Origin: a virus
Direction: 5' to 3' (one strand)
IMG/VR virus record: IMGVR_UViG_3300045912_000261
Span: 48,534 to 112,533 of that record
Length of the DNA: 64,000 nucleotides
Positions 55,733 through 63,621 of this stretch are shown one piece after another. A model generated the notes under the pieces. The model was not told the origin of the DNA and ran no database searches. It saw nothing but the letters and a program-made list of their open reading frames with translations. Positions within the stretch are counted from its first letter, which is position 1; each line of letters opens with the position of its first letter. The translations under genes and the position numbers were made by a program.

Positions 55733-56339
55733 CCTGCCCCCTGTCAGGGAGCCTACCGTTTGCGAACGCCGTTTCGTAGACGACATCTACCACTTCCTCA
55801 ATCGGGACGGGGTTCCTGTCGAGTACCCAAGCCTCAAGGTAGCCCCCGGGAACCTACCGGCGCTCACTTCCCTAATGGGCCAAGAGATCCCTTTCGAGGG
55901 TCTGGCAATTCAGGTCTCCCCAGGTGCCGAGTGGCAGATGGTACTTGCCGGCAGTGTAGCCCGCGAGGGCTGTGCTGACCTGAAGCAGCTGCCGAGGAGG
56001 GGACCTAATCGCCCTCTACTTGCCAACCAGGTAGGGCTCCACTCGGTCAGGATCGTCATTCACGAGTTCCTACATCAGTACACCCCTTACGAGATCTTGG
56101 CCTCAGGTGAGCACGAAGGTATCGTCGAGGCCGTCGCCCGTGACCTCACTGTCCGTTGGACACGGAAGACCTACGGGATCCGTACTGGTGTATACCGAGA
56201 GCTGCGCGACGTCTACGAGACCGAAGTAAACCACTTTCGGGCCTCTTCAGCGATGCGCACTGGGCAGGAGTGGTTCCAGCCTCGCGCCGTGTTTTACCGC
56301 CGTCACGTCCTCATGCATGGAAAGGAGCCCGAAGGATGA
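55716..56339 (+). CDS. Putative zincin metallopeptidase-like protein
   Basis: IVIHEFLH...EG..E gluzincin-like spacing. Confidence 0.55.
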   Translation: MPLIVDLPPVREPTVCERRFVDDIYHFLNRDGVPVEYPSLKVAPGNLPALTSLMGQEIPFEGLAIQVSPGAEWQMVLAGSVAREGCADLKQLPRRGPNRPLLANQVGLHSVRIVIHEFLHQYTPYEILASGEHEGIVEAVARDLTVRWTRKTYGIRTGVYRELRDVYETEVNHFRASSAMRTGQEWFQPRAVFYRRHVLMHGKEPEG

Positions 56340-56524
56340 CCGAGATGCCTCGAGAGCTGCCCATCCAGTACGACCCCGAGAAGGGACGCTGCTTCGTCAG
56401 CATCGGCTACCAAAAGCACTACCTGCAAGGGGAGCCCCGGATCGACAACCACTCCGGAGAGGTTCTTCTCCCCACAGGTGTGTTCGCTGAGTGGGTCCGA
56501 AGCACAACCAGTGTCCTGCCATGA
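56336..56524 (+). CDS. Hypothetical protein
   Basis: ATGA overlaps at both ends. Confidence 0.55.
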   Translation: MTEMPRELPIQYDPEKGRCFVSIGYQKHYLQGEPRIDNHSGEVLLPTGVFAEWVRSTTSVLP

Positions 56525-56832
56525 AACGGGCGGCAACCACAGCAGTGGCGGCAGTAGTCCTGGCCCTGGGCGTCGGCTGCGGTGGCGAGGACATTCGCTC
56601 AGGGATCGTAGTAGACAAGAAGTACGAGCCGGAGAGGGAGTACAGCGAGCTTCAGCCAGTGTTCGTTCCTTCACCCAACGGTCCTGTGATCGGCTACTAC
56701 ATCCCGCAGACCAGAATCGACGACGAGGACTTCCTTCTCCAGCTTTGGAACCAGCAACTCGACCGTAAGGGCTGGATCGAGGTTCCGAAGGAGGAGTACG
56801 AGAGGTACAACAAGGGGGACATGTACCCGTGA
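56521..56832 (+). CDS. Putative lipoprotein
   Basis: MKR, hydrophobic core, LGVG-C lipobox-like site. Confidence 0.65.
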   Translation: MKRAATTAVAAVVLALGVGCGGEDIRSGIVVDKKYEPEREYSELQPVFVPSPNGPVIGYYIPQTRIDDEDFLLQLWNQQLDRKGWIEVPKEEYERYNKGDMYP

Positions 56833-57614
56833 TCACGCATGTGGTCATCAGCGACGTTCACGGAAACTACCGGGCCCTTGAGCGCCTTCTACACAAGACA
56901 GGGACGCTCACTTCCAGAGGCAAGCATCCTGACCACAGGGTCGTCTTCGTTGGGGACGTGGTGAACCTGGCTCCGTTGCAGCCTGGGTTCGACGACCTCG
57001 AGGCTCTGAAGATGGCCGTGACGGTGGCTGACCTCATCCTCTTGGGTAATCACGAGCTTCCTTACCTAGCTCCCGGACGTCCTGGGTCCTACTTCGTAGG
57101 GTACCAGCCGCCAGTAGGGGACCTGGCCCACGAGATCAACGTGGCTCAGCGCGACGGGCACTTCATCGCAGCTGCCGTCATCCACGGGTGGTTGATCACC
57201 CACGCAGGACTCCATCCCTACTGGCAGGAGAGGTACGGATGGTCCGCTGGAACACCGGCCAGAATGGTCGGGGAGTGGCTCAATGACCACTTCTACGACT
57301 GGCTGACACACAGTACGGGAGAAGGGGCCGTCTTCGACTCAGTAAGTGCCTTGAGGGGAGGACGCGACCCCGTGGGCGGGATCTTCTGGGCCGACATGAA
57401 AGAACACAAGGAAGCACGTAACCGCAACAGAATTCCTCAGATCTTTGGGCACACAGCCCTCAGCACCAACCCCGTTCTCTTCCCGCAGCAGGAGGGTGCG
57501 CCCTTCTGGTGCATCGACTCAGGGTTCCCGACCGTAACCGCTCTCGTCAAGAGGGGGAGTGGCAACTGGCAGCCCTACACAGCTAGTGTGGGGGACGAAG
57601 AAGATGCTGGCTGA
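56829..57614 (+). CDS. Calcineurin-like metallophosphoesterase
   Basis: SDVHG, GDVVN, GNHE, THAG, GHT motifs. Confidence 0.9.
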   Translation: MITHVVISDVHGNYRALERLLHKTGTLTSRGKHPDHRVVFVGDVVNLAPLQPGFDDLEALKMAVTVADLILLGNHELPYLAPGRPGSYFVGYQPPVGDLAHEINVAQRDGHFIAAAVIHGWLITHAGLHPYWQERYGWSAGTPARMVGEWLNDHFYDWLTHSTGEGAVFDSVSALRGGRDPVGGIFWADMKEHKEARNRNRIPQIFGHTALSTNPVLFPQQEGAPFWCIDSGFPTVTALVKRGSGNWQPYTASVGDEEDAG

Positions 57615-57855
57615 AGTCCGCAGAACAGCTTGGCATGACCGCCTGATCTTCAACACCTTCTCGCACCCCTTCCCCTACCTCTTCCACAGGTGGGACGTAT
57701 ACTTCGGCGAGGTATACGAGCATTACGACAAGGTCGTTTGGAGCTGGGCCAAGGGCTTCTGGTTCCGTAGGGAGGCAGAGGAGTACGCCCATGAAATCGA
57801 GGGCTTCGGGTACTGGGGCGAGGAAGGTCTGGATGACCAAGATCTGGCTCGATGA
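57604..57855 (+). CDS. Hypothetical aromatic-rich protein
   Basis: Fills gap in operon. Confidence 0.5.
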   Translation: MLAEVRRTAWHDRLIFNTFSHPFPYLFHRWDVYFGEVYEHYDKVVWSWAKGFWFRREAEEYAHEIEGFGYWGEEGLDDQDLAR

Positions 57856-58126
57856 CATAAGACCGGCTCCTCCGGGCTGGTCCCGTGTGGACCGGGTAGG
57901 AGTCGTAAAGATCATGCTTTCCCATGAGACCGTGCATGTTCTCTCGCTGGATCACGACCTCGGGGAGGGCCGGCCTACGGGCTACGACCTCGTGAAGTGG
58001 ATGGCGGAGACCGGACACTGGCCCATCGTCGGGATCCAGATTCACTCAGCCAATCCCGTTGGGGTCAGCAACATGAAGGCCACCATCGAGAGGTACGCCC
58101 CCAGGCACATCTGGAACTGGTTCTAA
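57833..58126 (+). CDS. Cyclic-phosphate processing receiver-domain protein
   Basis: KIWLDD.RPAP.GW...SLDHDLG...TGYD...IHSANPVG..NM. Confidence 0.8.
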   Translation: MTKIWLDDIRPAPPGWSRVDRVGVVKIMLSHETVHVLSLDHDLGEGRPTGYDLVKWMAETGHWPIVGIQIHSANPVGVSNMKATIERYAPRHIWNWF

Positions 58127-58136
58127 GGAGCACAGC

Positions 58137-58499
58137 ATGCCACAGGATCTTGAATGGGCCCTCCAGAGGATCGAGCATCTGGAAAGGGCTCTCGAGCACG
58201 AGGGCAGGAGGCGCAAGCAGGTCGAGCTCACTCTCAGGAAGCGGGGTGGCGACGCTGTCATCGCCGAGGCCGAGGCCAATCACCTTCGGGCGCAGCTCGT
58301 GCATGGCCACGAGGAAGAGCGAGGCCGCCTCCAGGCCAAGTGTGAGCTGCAGAGACGCGAGATCGTACGCCTCTCCAAGGAAGTAGCTGAGCTCCAAGGA
58401 GCACTCCAGGAGGCCCGGAGAAGTCTGCGAGAGGCCAAAGGCTCGGCTGCCAAAGGCTCGGGGGCTACGCCGAGGCCAATCGGGAGGGCCCGGAAATGA
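58137..58499 (+). CDS. Coiled-coil protein
   Basis: AAGGAG SD; heptad pattern. Confidence 0.65.
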   Translation: MPQDLEWALQRIEHLERALEHEGRRRKQVELTLRKRGGDAVIAEAEANHLRAQLVHGHEEERGRLQAKCELQRREIVRLSKEVAELQGALQEARRSLREAKGSAAKGSGATPRPIGRARK

Positions 58500-58828
58500 G
58501 CGTGGAACGTCTGGAGGACTTCGCCTGTTCCTGCGCCCTCACCGATGCGGGCAGGCTGCGGCGCTCGCTGTATCAGTGCAAGAAGACTCTAGGGGCCACC
58601 GACGCGGACTTCCTGTCGCGCCTGATCATGGACCTCGAGTGGGGTCTACCGAACAACTGTCGGGCGCACATTGATTGGGTGGCCTGCGACCAGTGGTTCG
58701 GGGTGGGGGCCTCCGTGTACCAGGGTGGTATGAAGGCAGCTTCCATCGTGGTGCAGTGCGACCAGCTGGAGTATGGGCTTGCTCGTGTCCGAGAGATGGT
58801 CTACGAGTTTGCCCAGACCGCTTCTTGA
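58496..58828 (+). CDS. Hypothetical protein
   Basis: ATGA overlap. Confidence 0.6.
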   Translation: MSVERLEDFACSCALTDAGRLRRSLYQCKKTLGATDADFLSRLIMDLEWGLPNNCRAHIDWVACDQWFGVGASVYQGGMKAASIVVQCDQLEYGLARVREMVYEFAQTAS

Positions 58829-58875
58829 AGATTCGATGAAGCCCATTGCTTTGACTCCAGCTCCCCAGTTATACT
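58825..58875 (+). promoter_or_regulatory. Class-B promoter
   Basis: TTGCTT-N18-TATACT, upstream TTGAAG and ATGAAG. Confidence 0.75.
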
Positions 58876-58914
58876 TTAGTTACAAAATCAAAAACGTTCC
58901 AAAGGAGGAACGAG

Positions 58915-59250
58915 ATGCCCGTCCAGCTTCCCGACAACGCCGTCGACACCGTCCAGACGCTGCTCGAGGACAACGCCGGCAACCGATCCGCGACGATCCG
59001 CGCACTGGCAGCCGAGGGCTGGTCGCGAGGCCAGATCTCCAAGGCCATGTCCGAGGCGTGCGGCTCCAAGATCTCCTACCAGAGGGTCTACAACACCCTG
59101 AAGAAGGCCTCCGAGGCCAAGGGGACCGAGGGCGCCACCGCGAGGGAGCGCTCCAAGGTCGAGAAGACCCCCGCGGTGGAGGCGATCGACCTCACCTCCG
59201 TGGACGCGCCGGAGGCGGTGGAGGACCCCGAGATCCTCGCCGAGGCGTAG
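58915..59250 (+). CDS. Small HTH-like protein, paralog 3
   Basis: RSATIRALAAEGWSRGQISKAM...ISYQRVYNTL; AAGGAGG SD. Confidence 0.75.
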   Translation: MPVQLPDNAVDTVQTLLEDNAGNRSATIRALAAEGWSRGQISKAMSEACGSKISYQRVYNTLKKASEAKGTEGATARERSKVEKTPAVEAIDLTSVDAPEAVEDPEILAEA

Positions 59251-59259
59251 GCACCCTCG

Positions 59260-59310
59260 CAACTCGGGCACCTAATCCTACCACCCGGCAGCTCGGCACC
59301 CTGTCCTACC
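59260..59310 (+). repeat. Dispersed motif, tandem pair
   Basis: CAACTCGGGCACCTAATCCTACC and GCTCGGCACCCTGTCCTACC. Confidence 0.8.
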
Positions 59311-59338
59311 GGAAAGGCTCCTGAGAGGGAGCCTTTCC
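59311..59338 (+). terminator. Hairpin, possible terminator
   Basis: GGAAAGGCTCC/GGAGCCTTTCC 11-bp stem, no clear U-tract. Confidence 0.5.
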
Positions 59339-59361
59339 CCTGCCTTCAAGAGGCCCGGTTC

Positions 59362-59412
59362 TTGAAATTTCGATGAAGAACCTTGAAAGGCCCCTTGAGA
59401 ATATGATAGAAT
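59362..59412 (+). promoter_or_regulatory. Class-B promoter
   Basis: TTGAAA-N18-TAGAAT, upstream TTGAAA and ATGAAG. Confidence 0.8.
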
Positions 59413-59507
59413 AATGTTACAAAAAGTGAAAGAGGCGCCAACAGTGGTCCGTACCGAAGTGGCCTACCGGACCGCAGCAGCCTCTGCAGACCCAGGAGGT
59501 CGACAAC

Positions 59508-59726
59508 ATGTCAAGCGCCACTCGGGGCAGGGTGCCCACCTTCGAGTTCACCGCGCGTCTGGAGAAGATCACCAAGAACAACGTGGTGTACAGGGTCAAC
59601 GGCGAGCCCGGAGAGAACAAGGGCTTCGGCGTGATCTACGTGCCGAAGGACAGCATGAGCGACCCGACGCACCCACCGATGGGGATCTCCGCGGTGGTGA
59701 AGCTGCAGGAGCCTCCCGTCGCCTAG
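59508..59726 (+). CDS. Hypothetical protein
   Basis: AGGAGGT SD. Confidence 0.7.
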   Translation: MSSATRGRVPTFEFTARLEKITKNNVVYRVNGEPGENKGFGVIYVPKDSMSDPTHPPMGISAVVKLQEPPVA

Positions 59727-59731
59727 CCGTT

Positions 59732-59809
59732 GTGGTCATCATCGACGTGCTGCTTACCCTGGCCTTCATTGCCCTGCTGACCGAGGTCGGGAAGTTCCTC
59801 AGAGGGTGA
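59732..59809 (+). CDS. 25-aa hydrophobic peptide
   Basis: MVIIDVLLTLAFIALLTEVGKFLRG at operon end; no clear SD. Confidence 0.35.
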   Translation: MVIIDVLLTLAFIALLTEVGKFLRG

Positions 59810-59817
59810 CAACGAAT

Positions 59818-59866
59818 GAGCCGGGGAGGCTCGCGAAAAGACCTCTCCGGCTCTTCCTTTGTTTCT
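59818..59866 (+). terminator. Probable intrinsic terminator
   Basis: GAGCCGGGGAGG/CCTCTCCGGCTC stem then T-rich tail. Confidence 0.65.
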
Positions 59867-59943
59867 GTAGCACTCAGTTCTTCAGGTTTCTTCATGCGAT
59901 CTTGTGATTTTTCACCCCGTCTTCGCTCAGTTCTTTCAGATAC

Positions 59944-60351
59944 GTTTCATTTTATCCGATACCCGACATTTTATCAGCACAGACGAAAACATACTAAATA
60001 GGCCTTAATAGCACGAAAAACCTCAGGAAACCTCTCATAACTGATGTGAGCTGAAAAAACTGAAGAACCGAAACAAATTTTCTACTATATCGATTCTAGA
60101 TTGATCTTCATTCCTTCATCATACTTCCTTCATAACTCCATCATATTCTGGTCGATATAGTATATTCCTACCTTCCTACCTACGGAATGTCCTTCTCGAT
60201 TCTAATATAGGGCTCTTTTATTTCGGTTCTTCAGTTCTTTCATCTCCTATCATCAACCAGTAAGATCCCATAAGTTTTTGGATCTATCTAGTATGTTTTC
60301 GTCTCGTTTCGTCTCAGAAGATAGACTGATATCTCTCGGATGAAATGAAAC
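59944..60351. repeat. Long AT-rich imperfect inverted repeat (candidate origin or structured RNA)
   Basis: Nested complementary blocks 59944-59959/60336-60351, 59981-59996/60289-60304, 60048-60073/60221-60246, 60084-60093/60152-60161. Confidence 0.85.
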
Positions 60352-60463
60352 AGATACACCAGATTTTCGCGAGTCTGATACATCGGTCCACCTCCATTGG
60401 TAGAATCACATGCCAGGTGGACAGGTTGCAAGGTGGACAGGACACACTCAGAAAGAGGTAGCG

Positions 60464-60823
60464 ATGGACAACGTGAAGTACTCCGTTAGGGATCCGCTCA
60501 CGCCTAGCGAAGTTGCGGGGGAGACCCTGCGCTGGATCAACGGGATTCGGAAAGAGCTGGGTCTGCCCCGCCTCAGGAGGCTCCTGAAAGGCTTGCCTGG
60601 AAGTTCCTGGCTCTGTCCCGTGGCGAGATCTCTGGCCAAAGGACTGCCCAAGGGCCATTTGGTCAAGGTGACTCCTTCGTACGTGGTGATCGATTCGCCC
60701 ACCTTACAGACCGTGGGCCTTTCGTACGACACCATCCCTCCCGTGAAGGCTTTCATCAGGGAGTTCGACGGCGGAGGGTTCCAGGAATACAAACTGAAGC
60801 GTGGGAGAAAACTATGGTGGTGA
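60464..60823 (+). CDS. CP[VI]A-family protein, paralog 1
   Basis: WIN.IR...LP....L.KG......CPVA.S...FI..FD.G. Confidence 0.7.
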   Translation: MDNVKYSVRDPLTPSEVAGETLRWINGIRKELGLPRLRRLLKGLPGSSWLCPVARSLAKGLPKGHLVKVTPSYVVIDSPTLQTVGLSYDTIPPVKAFIREFDGGGFQEYKLKRGRKLWW

Positions 60824-61176
60824 TGTGGGTAGTAACGCGTGACCGGGACTACGAACTGCTGGGCGGGCAAGGGCTCATCCCCTCCCGAGTCGGAGTTGGG
60901 ATGACCGGGGAGGAAGTCCGCAAGACCATGGACGACGTTGCCTTTCCTCAGCGGACCGTGTTCGTCAAGGAAGGCCTGAAGCCAGAGGACGTCCCGCCCC
61001 CGACGGTCAGATTCCGCCTGCTTGACGGAGACGCCAACATCTACTACGAAGGTGTCGCAGCAGAGGATCTAGCCACCAGCAGCGACGACATCTGGTCCAT
61101 CCTCAAGTGGGGTGAGGCCGAAGCAGGCTGCACCACTCTCCAACTGCTCGAGGAGGGAACATGGCGAACCGTCTGA
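60814..61176 (+). CDS. Hypothetical protein (FRL.DGD..IYYEG...GCT)
   Basis: GGAG SD, overlap with upstream gene. Confidence 0.65.
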   Translation: MVVMWVVTRDRDYELLGGQGLIPSRVGVGMTGEEVRKTMDDVAFPQRTVFVKEGLKPEDVPPPTVRFRLLDGDANIYYEGVAAEDLATSSDDIWSILKWGEAEAGCTTLQLLEEGTWRTV

Positions 61177-61304
61177 GGCGAAAGACGCCAACGGCAGAGG
61201 AACTCTACCGGAGAGCAGACAAGCTGTTTACGGTAGCCCTCGTATTGCTGGTCGTGGCAGCAGTCATGGGGCTCGTAGCCCTCACCCTAGCACTGGTGGA
61301 GTAA
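61161..61304 (+). CDS. 47-aa membrane peptide
   Basis: AGGAGG SD; basic N-term then LFTVALVLLVVAAVMGLVALTLALV. Confidence 0.6.
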   Translation: MANRLRRKTPTAEELYRRADKLFTVALVLLVVAAVMGLVALTLALVE

Positions 61305-61570
61305 TGTCCGACCTTGAGTATTCCGTCCGGATCGAATACATCGATCCTAAGACCATCTTCGGCTTCCACACCGAAATGGGCACAGCTCGAGTAGACGGTC
61401 TCGAAATCCCGATCAGATCGACGATCGGCATGGGAGGCTCTCACATCTTCATCTACGGGAAAGATGGACGGCCTGGAGTGTCGGTCAACTTAGGTCCCCT
61501 GATCGAGCACCTCGTCAGGCTCCACCTAGGGGAAGGGAGTTCAGATGCCGCCACTCAGCCGGAGAAGTAA
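61304..61570 (+). CDS. Hypothetical protein
   Basis: TAATG overlap. Confidence 0.6.
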   Translation: MSDLEYSVRIEYIDPKTIFGFHTEMGTARVDGLEIPIRSTIGMGGSHIFIYGKDGRPGVSVNLGPLIEHLVRLHLGEGSSDAATQPEK

Positions 61571-61880
61571 GTCCTCTCTCGTACGGACAACCGTCGCTTG
61601 GGTCAACGAGGTCAGGGAGCAGATCGAACTCCCACCGATCAAGAGGCTGAGCAAGGGACACCGGAGACATCCGAACTACTGCCCTGTGGCACTCTCCATC
61701 GTGCGAGGAACTCAGTACAAGGCCAACGTGGAGCCCCTCCGCTTCTCAGTGTGGTCCGCAGAGGGCCTTTCGCCAGGAGTCCGGCTTCTCGCCTCCGGAG
61801 TCCCTCCCCATCAGGTGACCCGTTTCGTTGTCCTATTCGACCAAGGCGAGCCCAGCCTCGACTACCTGCAGGAGAAGTAA
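61545..61880 (+). CDS. CP[VI]A-family protein, paralog 2
   Basis: AWVNEVREQIELPPIKRLSKG...CPVALS...FVVLFDQG. Confidence 0.7.
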   Translation: MPPLSRRSKSSLVRTTVAWVNEVREQIELPPIKRLSKGHRRHPNYCPVALSIVRGTQYKANVEPLRFSVWSAEGLSPGVRLLASGVPPHQVTRFVVLFDQGEPSLDYLQEK

Positions 61881-61881
61881 G

Positions 61882-62205
61882 GTGACCAAAGAGGAAAGAC
61901 AGAGGCTCGAAAGAGACGTCATTGCCTGGATTAACCGAGTCAGGGAGCAACTTGATCTGCCTCCGATCAAGAAGCTGAGCAAGGGTCTCCCGAGGGAGAG
62001 CCAGGAGTGTCCGATTGCCATCTCACTAGCGCGAGGAAGTCGTTTTCACGCCGACGTAAGGGACACCATGTACAGGGTCTACGACGTCGACTACAGGCTT
62101 GTGTTGAAAGGGAGGTTGTCAAGGCCCGCAATGGCCTTCGTGAAGCTCTTCGACTTCCCTGACCTGAACAAGCCTCTGGACAGATACATGAAGCGGAAGC
62201 AGTAA
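61882..62205 (+). CDS. CP[VI]A-family protein, paralog 3
   Basis: AWINRVREQLDLPPIKKLSKG...CPIAIS...FVKLFD. Confidence 0.7.
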   Translation: MTKEERQRLERDVIAWINRVREQLDLPPIKKLSKGLPRESQECPIAISLARGSRFHADVRDTMYRVYDVDYRLVLKGRLSRPAMAFVKLFDFPDLNKPLDRYMKRKQ

Positions 62206-62342
62206 TGGGAATTGTCATTGGGCTAGCGGCCCTCTTCATACTCGTCCTTTTCAACCCCACACTGGCGATGATTCCTGCTGCTCTACTAGTCATCTGGTGG
62301 CTCTTTAGCGTGGGCCGCTGGGGCAAAATCCGCCGCTGGTAG
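62205..62342 (+). CDS. 45-aa membrane peptide
   Basis: TAATG overlap; MGIVIGLAALFILVLFNPTLAMIPAALLVIWWLFSVGRWGKIRRW. Confidence 0.55.
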   Translation: MGIVIGLAALFILVLFNPTLAMIPAALLVIWWLFSVGRWGKIRRW

Positions 62343-62356
62343 TGCCAGCACCAAGC

Positions 62357-62396
62357 CGACTCGGGCACCAAGCCGACTCGGGCACCTAATCCTACC
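62357..62396 (+). repeat. Dispersed motif, tandem pair
   Basis: CGACTCGGGCACCAAG and CGACTCGGGCACCTAATCCTACC. Confidence 0.8.
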
Positions 62397-62470
62397 AGCA
62401 GGATCACATGCCACGCATGCCACGCATGCCACGCATGTCGGGTGGACAGGTGGACGGGCCGGCGGTCCTC

Positions 62471-62500
62471 TTGATTTAAGCCTGATCCTTAGGTGATAAT
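62471..62500 (+). promoter_or_regulatory. Putative sigma70-like promoter
   Basis: TTGATT-N18-GATAAT. Confidence 0.55.
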
Positions 62501-62541
62501 ATAGAAACAGACTAGACTAGACAATATCACCGGAGGAAACG

Positions 62542-62919
62542 TTGCCGAAGGCGTTCGTAGGAGACGATGGGCAGCTCTACAAAGCATGTCCGCAGTGCAT
62601 TAAGGACGAAATGGCAGTCTTCCCAACCCTGGATAAGGAGGAGGCAACCCTTAGGGTAACTGTGCTAGCAGAGGACAACTTCTGTGCTAGCTCATATACC
62701 TCAGACGGCTTCCAACCTTGGTGTAAAGCTCATGTGCACGAGGCCAACAAGAGGCGTCAGCAGGAACTTGATCCTGCGGAAAGGGAGAGGAGGAAAGCAC
62801 GCCAGAGGGAAAACGCCAAGAGACACAGGGAAGCCCTCCGCGCAGCGGCTTCCAAGAAGAAAGCCTCCCTTGAGGCTCCTGATGACGTAGGTGGGTTGAT
62901 TCCTCCCCCAAATGAGTAA
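62542..62919 (+). CDS. Zinc-ribbon protein resembling the N-terminus of the HNH endonucleases
   Basis: CPQC...F.....DGFQPWCKAH then basic helix; GGAGG SD, TTG start. Confidence 0.6.
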   Translation: MPKAFVGDDGQLYKACPQCIKDEMAVFPTLDKEEATLRVTVLAEDNFCASSYTSDGFQPWCKAHVHEANKRRQQELDPAERERRKARQRENAKRHREALRAAASKKKASLEAPDDVGGLIPPPNE

Positions 62920-63388
62920 TCTCACCGTAGGCACCGTAAACACAGTGTGCGCCCGGGGTAGACTGTTTCCTACTTCAATTTTCCTGCCCGACAACCCCGA
63001 AGATGTCTCCCGCAGGAAGCTCCGGAAGTTTTGCCGGCAGAATCTAGCTGCCCTCGCTTTCCTCTCTTGGCTCTACCAAGGCGTTGTACCACGTGACCTT
63101 AAGTTCAGGGCGCTGAGCTCCCTGGATAGCTACCGAGTCTCACGTGGCCGAACGGCACTGACCCACACCCTAGCGGGGATGACTGCCTGCATACTTCTCT
63201 CTCAAGCGTCCCTTCTCGTACACGTCCTCGTTACCGGCCGCTCTTGGTTCTTGGGGCTGATTGCGGTCCCATTCATAGGATGGTCGGTGTACATGCTGCG
63301 CTGCTGCCTCGAAGAGGCCTCAAGGAAGAAGGCTCTGGCACAGAAGTACCTGGAGGAGTACAAAGACAACATGAACAACTGGTTCTAG
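62912..63388 (+). CDS. Membrane protein
   Basis: Two to three hydrophobic segments. Confidence 0.55.
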   Translation: MSNLTVGTVNTVCARGRLFPTSIFLPDNPEDVSRRKLRKFCRQNLAALAFLSWLYQGVVPRDLKFRALSSLDSYRVSRGRTALTHTLAGMTACILLSQASLLVHVLVTGRSWFLGLIAVPFIGWSVYMLRCCLEEASRKKALAQKYLEEYKDNMNNWF

Positions 63389-63399
63389 GAGGAGAGGCC

Positions 63400-63621
63400 A
63401 TGACAGCAAGCCCTGAGAGACCATCACCCACACCTTCGGCAACGATCAGTAGGATCGAGTGGCCGCCAATGGTCCACTTGGACCAAGAGGACCTACTGAG
63501 GATCCGTATCGCCCTCGAGGCAATGATCGCCGGGAACAGGCACTCCCCTGCCGGAGTGGCCGCCAACGAAGGCTTCGACGCCACCCTGGACAAGATCTAC
63601 AGGTATCTCTCAAACCGCTGA
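63400..63621 (+). CDS. Hypothetical protein
   Basis: AGGAGG SD; ends where the array begins. Confidence 0.6.
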   Translation: MTASPERPSPTPSATISRIEWPPMVHLDQEDLLRIRIALEAMIAGNRHSPAGVAANEGFDATLDKIYRYLSNR

